A stretch of 64,000 bases of DNA. It comes from Candidatus Latescibacterota bacterium. Lineage in GTDB: Bacteria > Latescibacterota > UBA2968 > UBA8231. Positions within the stretch are counted from its first letter, which is position 1; each line of letters starts with the position of its first letter. A program made the position numbers and the translations under genes. Location: positions 6,848,001 through 6,912,000 of the forward strand of contig OZ244561.1 in NCBI GenBank assembly GCA_965217585.1. Reading direction: 5' to 3'. Shown in pieces: positions 27,244 through 36,408 of the stretch. A model generated the notes under the pieces. That model saw only the letters and a program-made list of their open reading frames with translations. It did no database searches and was not told the origin of the DNA.

Positions 27244-28740
27244 ATGACTGAATCGAAACAAAGCGCCATGGATCCACGCCGTCTGCAACTGGCGTCGGAC
27301 CCGTACCGTCCAGCGTACCATTTTCTAGCCCCGATCAACTGGATGAACGATCCAAACGGAACCATTTTCTGGCAAGGCAGATATCACATCTTTTACCAGT
27401 ACAATCCCAACGGGGCTTTCCACGGCACGATCCATTGGGGTCACGCCTCCAGTGCGGATTTGGTTCACTGGACGGACCACCCCATTGCGCTACCGCCCGG
27501 TCCAGAGGGGGCAGACCGAGACCAGTGCTACAGCGGTGCCGCGTTTCTCAACAAAGAGGGGATTCCCACATTTATCTATCACGGCTTGCCGGATGGCATC
27601 TGTCTGGCCACCAGCGACGATGATCTGCTCATCCATTGGGAGAAGCACCCGGCGAACCCGATTATACCCAATCCGCAGGCGGGCGATGAATATCGAATCG
27701 CTGGTGCTCCATGCGCTTGGGTCGAAGGAGATACCTACTACGCCCTGACCGGCAACAGCGGTGCCGCTCCTCCAGACGCGGCCTATCTATTTACCTCCAA
27801 AGACCTCGCGCATTGGGAGTATTTGCATCCCTTCTACGAGGGAGGCCGTTTCACAGAGTGGGGCGAGGATTGCGGCTGTCCCGACTTTTTCCGTTTGGGC
27901 AACAAACACATACTGTCCTTCACCAGCCACCCGCGTGGGGCGCAATTCTACATCGGCACGTACGCCAACCACAGGTTCATCCCCGAACGTCATAAACGAT
28001 TGGCACTCGGCGAGACAGGTCGTCCCGGTGTGTACAATGAGGGCTTGACGCTGCTGGATGACCAGGGCCGACGCATTCTATTCGGCCGCCTCCACGAAGG
28101 GCGCTATAGTTACGTCCAACGCGCCTCTAACTGGGCGGGAATCTTTGCCCTGCCGATGGTGCTGTCGTTGTCTGATGACGGCGATCTGCTCGTGGAACCC
28201 GTTCCAGAATTAGAGGCGTTGCGAGGTGAGCACGCGCACTTTTCCGACATCCAGTTGGTCGCGGACGAAGAGTGTCAGCTCGACGTAATCAAAGGGAACC
28301 GGCTGGAAATCCGCGCGGTGTTTGAATGGGAGAGCGCCGAAGAATTCGGTCTGCAAGTTCGCTGTTCTCCGAACGGCGAAGAGCAAACCCTCATTCGCTT
28401 CAACCTCAATCCATGGTCGGCCAACCGCGCGCCGCAAGAGATTGGATCGCTCCGGGAGTTGATTTTGGACGTAACTCGGTCCAGCATCAGCCCAGAGGTG
28501 AGCAATCGCGAATCGCAACGGTGTGCGTTTGACCTGCCTTACGGCAAGCCGATAGAATTGCGGGTATTCGTGGATCGAAGCGTGGTGGAGGTTTTCGCCA
28601 ATGGCCGCCACTATTTGGCCAAGCGCATCTATCCCGCTCGGCCGGATAGTCTCGGCGTACAGCTATTTACCCGAGACGGCAAGGCGACGGTGCGATCACT
28701 GGACGTATGGCAGATGGGGGCAATCTGGCCCGTTGAATAG
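27244..28740 (+). CDS. Glycoside hydrolase family 32 protein
   Basis: WMNDPNG, WGHA.S.DL.HW, YSG and C-terminal VFVDRSVVEVF motifs; RDP and ECP motifs altered. Confidence 0.88.
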   Translation: MTESKQSAMDPRRLQLASDPYRPAYHFLAPINWMNDPNGTIFWQGRYHIFYQYNPNGAFHGTIHWGHASSADLVHWTDHPIALPPGPEGADRDQCYSGAAFLNKEGIPTFIYHGLPDGICLATSDDDLLIHWEKHPANPIIPNPQAGDEYRIAGAPCAWVEGDTYYALTGNSGAAPPDAAYLFTSKDLAHWEYLHPFYEGGRFTEWGEDCGCPDFFRLGNKHILSFTSHPRGAQFYIGTYANHRFIPERHKRLALGETGRPGVYNEGLTLLDDQGRRILFGRLHEGRYSYVQRASNWAGIFALPMVLSLSDDGDLLVEPVPELEALRGEHAHFSDIQLVADEECQLDVIKGNRLEIRAVFEWESAEEFGLQVRCSPNGEEQTLIRFNLNPWSANRAPQEIGSLRELILDVTRSSISPEVSNRESQRCAFDLPYGKPIELRVFVDRSVVEVFANGRHYLAKRIYPARPDSLGVQLFTRDGKATVRSLDVWQMGAIWPVE

Positions 28741-28785
28741 GGTCTTCGGGATAAGTCGGTGCTGTTGACGACTTGGAAGGAGGTT

Positions 28786-29565
28786 ATGATGAACGATCCC
28801 CATGTAGTCGCACTGCTCTACCGCGTCTGCCACAACGAGTCCGTAGACTACAGTAAAGCGAAGCCGCTTGTCTTGGACCAGCCTGACTTCCGCGTGGAAA
28901 TCAAGGACAGAAAGGCACGGTTCGAACTGAAGCAACACTACCCGACCGAAGAGGAAGCGCGAAAGTTGGTTGACCCTTTCGTGCGGAACTGGGAATTCGA
29001 CGCAAGTCTCAGACAAGCGCCCGGATTCTTCAGGCTCGAATTCAACCAAGCCGAGATCATCGACCGGAGGCCAACTAAAGGGGTCGTAGAACTTTCCGCT
29101 TCACTTAGGGCAGGATCGCCAACTCTATCCGTGAAGAATCTCACGGTTCTGCCTCAGACGTACCTACCACCATCGTCGGGAATCGACAGTGACCACCCGG
29201 ACGTTCAGACCCTTTACCAACGGTACGAGAGCTTCTGCCAAGGCAAGGAATTGCTAACGGCCTTCGCGTACTTCTGCTTGACCATAGTGGAGCACTCGGT
29301 TGGGCCGGGGAAAAAACTCCGTCGAAAGGCAGCAGATGTGTACGGGATCGAAATGCCGGTGCTTGACGAGATCGGGAAGCTCTCTTCCTGCAAAGGCGGC
29401 AGCGAGGCGAGGAAGGCTTCTGGTACCAATGATCCACTTACCCAAGACGAGCGCCGGTTTTTGAAACGCGCAGTCGTGAGACTGATTCGGCGAGTTGCCG
29501 AGTATCACGGCAGAATAGGCGGCTTGTCGAAGATCTCGATTAAGGATATCAACCGCGAACCATGA
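28786..29565 (+). CDS. Hypothetical protein (helical C-terminus, possibly HEPN/MauJ-like)
   Basis: GAAGGAGG RBS before ATG at 28786; family assignment tentative. Confidence 0.7.
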   Translation: MMNDPHVVALLYRVCHNESVDYSKAKPLVLDQPDFRVEIKDRKARFELKQHYPTEEEARKLVDPFVRNWEFDASLRQAPGFFRLEFNQAEIIDRRPTKGVVELSASLRAGSPTLSVKNLTVLPQTYLPPSSGIDSDHPDVQTLYQRYESFCQGKELLTAFAYFCLTIVEHSVGPGKKLRRKAADVYGIEMPVLDEIGKLSSCKGGSEARKASGTNDPLTQDERRFLKRAVVRLIRRVAEYHGRIGGLSKISIKDINREP

Positions 29566-29786
29566 TACACGGAAGAGCGGCTAACGACTAGGGTACAATG
29601 TGAGCGTGCCTTTGTCGGTGCCGTGTTCGATCCGCTCGGGTAAGTGGTGTAGCCTAAGCTCGCACCTGTGCCGCGACTGGGGTATCCAGATCTGGGGCTA
29701 CCACAATTGCCGTCACAGCGAGACCGTGCACGGTCTCGCTGACGTCGTAAGGGTTAGAGATCGTGCTCGCCGAGCGGAACGCTGCA

Positions 29787-31142
29787 CTAGGTCGGCACCC
29801 AGCCCTTCTGCCGCAGTTCTTCTTCTAGCAATCCCAAACACTCGTCGATGATGGCCAGAGACTCGTCGAGCTGTTCTTGTGTAATGATCAGCGGCGGATA
29901 AAAGCGCAAATCGTCGCCCTCAATCCAGTCGGCTCCCCCGCTAGTGCCCGAAATGGCCAAGCCCCGTTCCAAGGTGAGTTGAGGCACGCGCCGCGACGCG
30001 CCCCATTCGGGAGGAAAGGGCTTGCGACTGCGGCGATCCTGGACCAGTTCAATGCCCAGCATTAGGCCCTTACCGCGCACTTGGCCGACGCAAGCATAGC
30101 GCGTCAAGCCCTGGGCTTTTTCCTGCAAATAGGCCCCGACCTGAGCGGCGTGTTCCACGATTCCTTCTTCTTCCAGCAGTTCCAGTACGGCCAAGCCGGC
30201 GCGCATAGACACTGGGTTATTGACATAGGTAAAAACGTGCGGCAGAGCTTGGCCGCTGCGAGCGAGGTCCTGCCGCATCTGTTCGCTCAGCAATACCCCT
30301 CCCAAGGGCGCATACCCGCTGCTAGCCCCTTTGCCAAAAACAATCATATCGGGCACCACATCCCAGTGCTCAATGGCAAAGAGCTTGCCGGTGCGGCCAA
30401 AGCCGGTGATGATCTCGTCGGCGATAAAGAGGACGTCGTGCTCGTCGCAGATCTGGCGGATGAGGGGATAGTAATCGGGCGGCGGAGCCCCGGCGGCGAT
30501 CCCGGCCATGACCACCGGCTCGGCGATAAAGGCAGCGATGTTGTCGGCCCCTACCTCGCGGATGGTCTCTTCTAACTGTCGGGCGCAGGCCAAATTGCAG
30601 CGATCTTCGCAACCAGCAAAAGCGCAGCGGTAGGGATAGCACGAGGCAATGTGCGGAAAAGCCGGCAGATACGGCTCAAAGGGCGTCCGCAGCCCCGGCA
30701 TCCCGGTAGCAGCCAAGGCACCCAAGGTAGCGCCGTGATAGCCGCGCCAGCGACCAATGATCTGGTGTTTTTGCGCTTGGCCCCGCTGCAAATGGTACAA
30801 GCGGGCCAGTTTAATAGCCGTCTCCACGCCTTCGGAGCCGCCCGAGACAAAGTAGGCGTGGTTCAAGTCGCCGGGGGCCAGTTCGGCCAAGCGGTGGGCG
30901 TACTCGAGGGCTGGCTTATTGGTAAAAAACGTCGAAAAGCAATACGCCAATTCCCGTCCTTGGGCGGCCATGGCCTCGACGATGGCATGGCGACCGTGGC
31001 CCAAGGTGACGTTGCCAGCCCCGGCCGTGCCGTCGATATAGCGTCTACCAGCTTCGTCGTACAAATAAATCCCTTCGCCTTTGACGAGAACCGGGTAGGT
31101 GTATTGCGGGTCGCGATGGAGGAGCGCTGGGTCGGTAGTCAT
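29787..31142 (-). CDS. Class-III PLP aminotransferase
   Basis: SGGSE, YHG.T, FIAEPV, LFIADEIITGFGRTG, and FGKG carrying the PLP lysine. Confidence 0.93.
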   Translation of the reverse strand: MTTDPALLHRDPQYTYPVLVKGEGIYLYDEAGRRYIDGTAGAGNVTLGHGRHAIVEAMAAQGRELAYCFSTFFTNKPALEYAHRLAELAPGDLNHAYFVSGGSEGVETAIKLARLYHLQRGQAQKHQIIGRWRGYHGATLGALAATGMPGLRTPFEPYLPAFPHIASCYPYRCAFAGCEDRCNLACARQLEETIREVGADNIAAFIAEPVVMAGIAAGAPPPDYYPLIRQICDEHDVLFIADEIITGFGRTGKLFAIEHWDVVPDMIVFGKGASSGYAPLGGVLLSEQMRQDLARSGQALPHVFTYVNNPVSMRAGLAVLELLEEEGIVEHAAQVGAYLQEKAQGLTRYACVGQVRGKGLMLGIELVQDRRSRKPFPPEWGASRRVPQLTLERGLAISGTSGGADWIEGDDLRFYPPLIITQEQLDESLAIIDECLGLLEEELRQKGWVPT

Positions 31143-31171
31143 GGGTTTTATCCAAGCAGATAGTCTCGCAT

Positions 31172-31423
31172 TCAGCGGTAAACATCCCGCCGATGTCCAA
31201 TGTGTAAAACCGTCACCGTACTCTGCTGATCGTCAATTTCATAAATCACTCGGTAATCCCCAGCCCGGATGCGCCAGCCTTCACGACCCTTCAGTTTGCG
31301 GCATCCTGCTGGACGGGGTTGGTTGGCTAGCATCCGCACAGCATCGCGCACCTTCTCATAGATTCCAGCCGGCAATTGGGTCAATTCTCTCTGCGCTTGC
31401 CGCCGGATTCTAAGGTCGTACAA
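31172..31423 (-). CDS. relE: RelE/ParE-family toxin
   Basis: 83 aa; PRPAGCRKLKG...WRIRAGDYRVIYEIDD...VLHIGHRRDVYR; TTG start 2 bp after the upstream stop. Confidence 0.92.
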   Translation of the reverse strand: MYDLRIRRQAQRELTQLPAGIYEKVRDAVRMLANQPRPAGCRKLKGREGWRIRAGDYRVIYEIDDQQSTVTVLHIGHRRDVYR

Positions 31424-31425
31424 TT

Positions 31426-33306
31426 TCAGCGTTCCCTTTCGATTTCTTCCACCGCTTGCTCAAAAGGAATCGCCTCATCGTCTCTTGACTTAGCTTGGTC
31501 GTAGGCCCGAATCGATTCTAGCTCCTCTAGCTCCTCCAGTTCTTCCAGCAGATTCTCGTAGCCACCAATTTCGTCGAGCACTACGCCGATGCGCTGTCGC
31601 AGCCGTTCACGGCGGTCCTGATAGAACTTCTCAAAATCAAAGATGCTCTTAGGCACGACACCAAGTAAGTAATTATCACAATAATGCTGGCGTTCCTCTT
31701 GGGTTGAAAAGTGCCTATCCAACCACTCTGCTGGAAGTTGCATCCTTTTTTCATTGTTGATATCGCCTATAAGGAGTTGGAGATTGCCCAGTCGATTGCT
31801 ATGATCCCGAAACGTCTCGATATCTTCTTCGGCTACTCCCTCTCTACGAAGACGATTTGGCGTGAAACGACCATGTGGAAATATATGGTCAACATGGAAC
31901 TGATTACGCAGGTCAACAAAAGGGAACAACAGAGCTAACAGCGTAAAGATGCGCTGGTCGTTGAACTTCATATCAGCAAGTTCTTCGATTTCCTCTTGCT
32001 CAAAATTCAGACTTTTTCCCCGCTGGGACATGACACGCCGCATTTCTTCCTCTGGAAAATGATCAATATCCTCGCGTTGCATAGTATCTCGTAGTGCTGT
32101 GAGCAAGGTATCAAGACCACTACCCCAGACGCCTGACTTCAGACGGGAGAGCATGAGCCAACCGCGAATGGCGGCGCGATCATCAGCAAACTTTCCGTGT
32201 GTGACAAAATTCTCTGGGCAATTCCTCCGGTAGAGATAGTACGCAATCGGCAACAATGAACTTGCTGCTCCGATCGTATCGCGATTGTATCCGAAACTGG
32301 CCGCAAGTTCGACAGTTCTAATCAAGGCACTGCGGATTTTCTGCCAGTTTTTTTCGAGCTTCTTCATGTTATCGTGGGTGAAGTTTTCGACCTTGAAACC
32401 GACGCTTGCTATATCAGTCAGCATGAGTCCGGCCTTCAGAACGAAGTCCTTCGAGAAGTCGAAGCGATTGCTATTGCCAATCCAATTCATTTCGTCCACT
32501 AGTTCGTGTACTGCCTTGCGCGCGTCGCCCTTCCATTGTGCTGTGGCAATGCTGAGCAAGAGATCGGAGTAGGAAAGGACGGTACCTCCGCTGTTGCGAC
32601 GAATGAAAATGTGAAGGACGCGATCGAGATCTTGTTCCGTCTCCTCAAAGAAAAAGATCGTCGGATCGACGGTGACGACCCTATGCAATCGGTCCAAGAT
32701 GCGGTAGGCAATTCTGTGCTGGTTGTTATCGAGATTCTTATCGAGTATCCAGTCAGTCATATCCAAGCCGCCTTCAAAATCCATGATGTCGGAAACCCGA
32801 AACCAGAGTTCGTCGCCGGTCCGCCCAATCCGATCCTCGTTGATGAATGCAAAGACGTACTGACTGCCTTCCTCATCCAATTCTCCATGTGCCAGAAGGT
32901 CCAGCGCAAGGACACGGCGTGGAAACGCATCTGGATTGTTCCACCACCTATAGGGCAGCTTTGTCGCCATTGATCCACGCAGACCGATATTGAATGCGGT
33001 CAAGCGTTGCTGACCATCGAGAACCGCCGTCAATGGTTGGTCGCGCAGGATGCCAAGATCGGGGCAATGCGGGTCGCGCTCATCGTAATCGCGAACGAAT
33101 CCATAGTAGCGATAGCGTGCGGCATTCTCGGCTTCGACGCTCCAGAATAGGAATTCTCCGAAGGGATAGCCCTGCATCACACTATCGAACAGCTTACAAA
33201 CTTGATCCGGCAGCCAAACGAACTCCCTTTGGATCGCAGGCAAGACGTATTCGTTCCTCGCGATACGGTCCACTACTTGCTTGATCGTTCCTCCTTGCTG
33301 GTACAT
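31426..33306 (-). CDS. GmrSD-family (DUF262 + DUF1524 HNH) modification-dependent nuclease with C-terminal antitoxin-like fusion
   Basis: PAIQREFVW, LDGQQR and FIRRN (DUF262); DHIFP...GNL...N (HNH); ATG at 33306 after GGAGG/GAAGG; acidic tail. Confidence 0.88.
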   Translation of the reverse strand: MYQQGGTIKQVVDRIARNEYVLPAIQREFVWLPDQVCKLFDSVMQGYPFGEFLFWSVEAENAARYRYYGFVRDYDERDPHCPDLGILRDQPLTAVLDGQQRLTAFNIGLRGSMATKLPYRWWNNPDAFPRRVLALDLLAHGELDEEGSQYVFAFINEDRIGRTGDELWFRVSDIMDFEGGLDMTDWILDKNLDNNQHRIAYRILDRLHRVVTVDPTIFFFEETEQDLDRVLHIFIRRNSGGTVLSYSDLLLSIATAQWKGDARKAVHELVDEMNWIGNSNRFDFSKDFVLKAGLMLTDIASVGFKVENFTHDNMKKLEKNWQKIRSALIRTVELAASFGYNRDTIGAASSLLPIAYYLYRRNCPENFVTHGKFADDRAAIRGWLMLSRLKSGVWGSGLDTLLTALRDTMQREDIDHFPEEEMRRVMSQRGKSLNFEQEEIEELADMKFNDQRIFTLLALLFPFVDLRNQFHVDHIFPHGRFTPNRLRREGVAEEDIETFRDHSNRLGNLQLLIGDINNEKRMQLPAEWLDRHFSTQEERQHYCDNYLLGVVPKSIFDFEKFYQDRRERLRQRIGVVLDEIGGYENLLEELEELEELESIRAYDQAKSRDDEAIPFEQAVEEIERER

Positions 33307-33427
33307 GCCTTCTTTACCTCCTTCTCTCAGATCTAACACATGCAGATATTTGTTTCGGTCAAAACCGTTGACCAAGAGGGCACGACAAAATATAACTCCG
33401 TCGCAATGCGTCCTCCAAAGGTCATCT

Positions 33428-34543
33428 TCATTCGTTCAATTCCCGATTTTCAGGAATGAGGGGCAACACCTCGCGCAGCACCTTCGCCAAGGCTTGCCGC
33501 TCGGCGGCTGGTCCCACGGTTAGGCGGATGCAGCGGTCGAGCGGGGCCACGCCCGGCATCCGCACGAAGATTCCGTGCTGCAAAAGTACCTGCATCAGGT
33601 ACCGCGCACGCTCGCCACTGCCCACGTCGAGCGCCACGAAATTAGTCGCCGAGGGCACCGTTTTCAGTCCCAATTCCGCTGCCAGAACCCCGTACTCCCG
33701 CCGACCTTCCTCTACTTGCCGTACCACCGAGCGCACGAACTCGTCGTCGCCCAGCGAAGCAAGCGCCCCAGCCTGGGCAATGCGGTTGACGCCAAAGTGA
33801 TTGCGAACCTTGTCGAGCGCGGCCACTAAGTCGCGGTGCGCCAGCGCATAGCCGACTCTAGCTCCGGCCATGCCGTGCGCCTTGGAAAACGTCCGCAGCC
33901 GCACCACCTGGGCCCGCTCTGTGTCCAGCGGCAGATGCGCATCCGCGGGCGCGAAGTCGATGTACGCTTCGTCGAGCAGCAACACACAGCCCGGCGGCAA
34001 CTCCGCGATAAAATCCCGCAACTCGTCGGCCCGCTGATAGGTGCCCATGGGGTTGTCGGGATTGGCCACGTAAAGCAGCTTGGGATGCACTTGCCACGCC
34101 TTGGCCAACAGGGCCGGCAAATCCTCCCGATCCGCGCGATAGGGCACCTTGTGCAATATCGCCCCGTGCCCCTCGACATGATAGTTGAACGTGGGATAGG
34201 CCCCCAGCGACGTCACTACCGAGTCGCCCGGCTCGGCAAAGAGGCGCACCAAAAGCCCCAAGAGTTCATCAATGCCCGCGCCCAAGACGACCTCTTCCCG
34301 CGCCACCCCGTGCCGCACCGCCAGCGCCGAGCGTAGCTCGTATCCCTCCGGGTCGTTGTACCAATGCACTTGATCCACCGCCTCCACCATGGCCTGCCGC
34401 GCCCGCGGCGAGATCCCGAAATTGCTCTCATTGGCCCCAACCCGCAGAGCGAGCGGCTGCCCCTGCTGCCTTTCTAATGCCTCGGGCGGCACAAAGGGAA
34501 CGGTCGGCGGCAAGGCGCGGACGATGTGCGTGAACGGCAACAC
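33428..34543 (-). CDS. Class I/II PLP aminotransferase, HisC-like
   Basis: ANES, NPDNPMG, LDEAY, RTFSKAHGMAGARVGY. Confidence 0.9.
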   Translation of the reverse strand: MLPFTHIVRALPPTVPFVPPEALERQQGQPLALRVGANESNFGISPRARQAMVEAVDQVHWYNDPEGYELRSALAVRHGVAREEVVLGAGIDELLGLLVRLFAEPGDSVVTSLGAYPTFNYHVEGHGAILHKVPYRADREDLPALLAKAWQVHPKLLYVANPDNPMGTYQRADELRDFIAELPPGCVLLLDEAYIDFAPADAHLPLDTERAQVVRLRTFSKAHGMAGARVGYALAHRDLVAALDKVRNHFGVNRIAQAGALASLGDDEFVRSVVRQVEEGRREYGVLAAELGLKTVPSATNFVALDVGSGERARYLMQVLLQHGIFVRMPGVAPLDRCIRLTVGPAAERQALAKVLREVLPLIPENRELNE

Positions 34544-34546
34544 GGA

Positions 34547-35374
34547 TTAAGACCACACGTAGATTTCGTCGTCGTCTTCGGCATAGCCAATGAAGACGGC
34601 GAGCACCACTCGCGGATCGTCCCCCTGCACCGCTGGGACCTCGTGAATGCAGCGCGTATTGAAGAAATACAGATCGCCCGGCTCAAGCGAGACCTCGCAG
34701 TGCTCCACGCCGTGTGCGGCTGCATACTCGTGAAAACGGCCCTCGGCGATATACGGCTGTATCTCCTCGGTCCACAAGCAACGGTGCAACACAGCCTGCA
34801 CCCCGGGACCCGCAGAATCCGCGTTCTGCACGCACAACACGCCGGCAAATTGGTGGGTAAAGCGCGCCACCTCGTAGTCGAATCGCTTTTCGCGCAGGAC
34901 CACGTGGTCGATGTGCGGACTATAGGAGTGGGTCTCGTAGTGGATGCGAAAGATGGCCGGTCCATACAAGCGTCCGTTTCGCTCGCGCGCCGTTTTAACC
35001 GCCTTGTCGGGGGCCAACGCCTGCAAGTGCCGATAGAGCAGTTGTACCGGATCGAGCAAACCCTCAAAAAGGGTGGCAAAAAGCGCCTGCGTCTCCTCCG
35101 CATCAGCCAAGAATGCCTCTTGGTCGCCACCCAAGTTGCCGAGGCTAGTGCCAATGTCGATGCGCGAGCGCTCGTCACCCGAGGCGCGCAGCAACCCGCC
35201 CTCGCCAAAGCGTTTCATCAGCCGCTGGCAATCGGCTGGCGTGCAGACTTGGGGCAGCAGGATCGCCGGTATATCCGCCCGAGCCAAGGCGCGGAGCGGG
35301 TCGGCGCACTCGTCCGGCCCCACGGGCCGCCACAATGCACTCGCGGCGTTTTCTTCGTACGTTGTTCTCTGCAA
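34547..35374 (-). CDS. 2OG-Fe(II) oxygenase family protein
   Basis: HID...PGDLYFFN...HEV...R facial-triad pattern; AGGAG RBS before TTG. Confidence 0.75.
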   Translation of the reverse strand: MQRTTYEENAASALWRPVGPDECADPLRALARADIPAILLPQVCTPADCQRLMKRFGEGGLLRASGDERSRIDIGTSLGNLGGDQEAFLADAEETQALFATLFEGLLDPVQLLYRHLQALAPDKAVKTARERNGRLYGPAIFRIHYETHSYSPHIDHVVLREKRFDYEVARFTHQFAGVLCVQNADSAGPGVQAVLHRCLWTEEIQPYIAEGRFHEYAAAHGVEHCEVSLEPGDLYFFNTRCIHEVPAVQGDDPRVVLAVFIGYAEDDDEIYVWS

Positions 35375-35388
35375 ATCTACAAGCTCCT

Positions 35389-36408
35389 ATGGATAGCGTT
35401 ACGCAAATCGCGCTCGGTGCAGCCGTCGGCGAAAAGGTCTTAGGCAAAAAGGTTGGCAACAAGGCCCCCCTGTGGGGTGCGGCCGTGGGCATCCTCCCAG
35501 ACCTCGACGTGTTGGGCGCGGCCTTTCTGTCGGGGACGGCCCAACTGGGCGTTCACCGCTGGGTGTCGCACTCCCTGCTCTTTGCGGTGGTCGGTGGCCT
35601 CGGGGTGGGATGGACGCTGTCCAAGCTACACCGGGGCGCGACTTGGCGCGAGTGGGCCGCGCTGGCGTTCTGGGCGATTTTCACGCACACCCTCCTCGAC
35701 TGCTTCACCGGGTACGGCACCCAATTGTTCAGTCCGTTCAGCAACTACCCGGTCGCCTTCAGTGCCATCTTCGTCATAGACCCGCTCTATACCCTGCCCT
35801 TAGCCATTGGCCTCATCGCCGCCCTGTGCCAGCGGCAACTGCACTGGCGGCGGCGGCTCAACGCGCTGGGCCTGTGCTTGAGCACGGCGTACTTGCTCGT
35901 TACCAGCGCGATTTGCCTGCACGTGCGCAGCACCTTTGCCCATGCCCTCGCGGACCAAGGCATTGCCTACGAGCGCTTGTACGTCGCGCCGACCCCGTTC
36001 AACGCCGTGCTGTGGTCGGGCTTGGCCGGCGCGGACGACCACCTGTGGGCCGGACTGTACTCCCTGCTCGACGACGACTCGGCGATCCGCTTCCGCCGCA
36101 TCGAGCGCAACACCCACCTCATCGCCCCCCGGCGCGACGACCCGCCCGCCCAGCGCCTGTTCTGGTTTTCGCGCGGGTACTATCAGGTGGAGCGCCGCGA
36201 CGACGCGCTTTACTTCTACGACCTGCGCTTTGGCCGCTCCGACTTCTATCTCGACTCCACCGGTGCCTACTTCTTCACGTTCCGCCTGTTGCCGGACCCG
36301 TCCCATCCCGAGCGCATCGCCGACCTCCAGCGCATCAACAACCCGTTCGACACCCAGCGCACCGACCAAGCCCTAAAGCGGCTCTGGGACCGTCTAACCG
36401 GAGACTAA
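35389..36408 (+). CDS. YdjM/YbcI-like membrane-bound metal-dependent hydrolase
   Basis: MDSVTQ..LGA, PDLD, HR..SHSL, H.LLD..T.YG, FVIDP, DLRFG. Confidence 0.88.
   Translation: MDSVTQIALGAAVGEKVLGKKVGNKAPLWGAAVGILPDLDVLGAAFLSGTAQLGVHRWVSHSLLFAVVGGLGVGWTLSKLHRGATWREWAALAFWAIFTHTLLDCFTGYGTQLFSPFSNYPVAFSAIFVIDPLYTLPLAIGLIAALCQRQLHWRRRLNALGLCLSTAYLLVTSAICLHVRSTFAHALADQGIAYERLYVAPTPFNAVLWSGLAGADDHLWAGLYSLLDDDSAIRFRRIERNTHLIAPRRDDPPAQRLFWFSRGYYQVERRDDALYFYDLRFGRSDFYLDSTGAYFFTFRLLPDPSHPERIADLQRINNPFDTQRTDQALKRLWDRLTGD

Noticed and set aside
29566-29786. Possible tRNA/ncRNA around gttcgatcc
   Set aside because: No cloverleaf or acceptor stem could be built.
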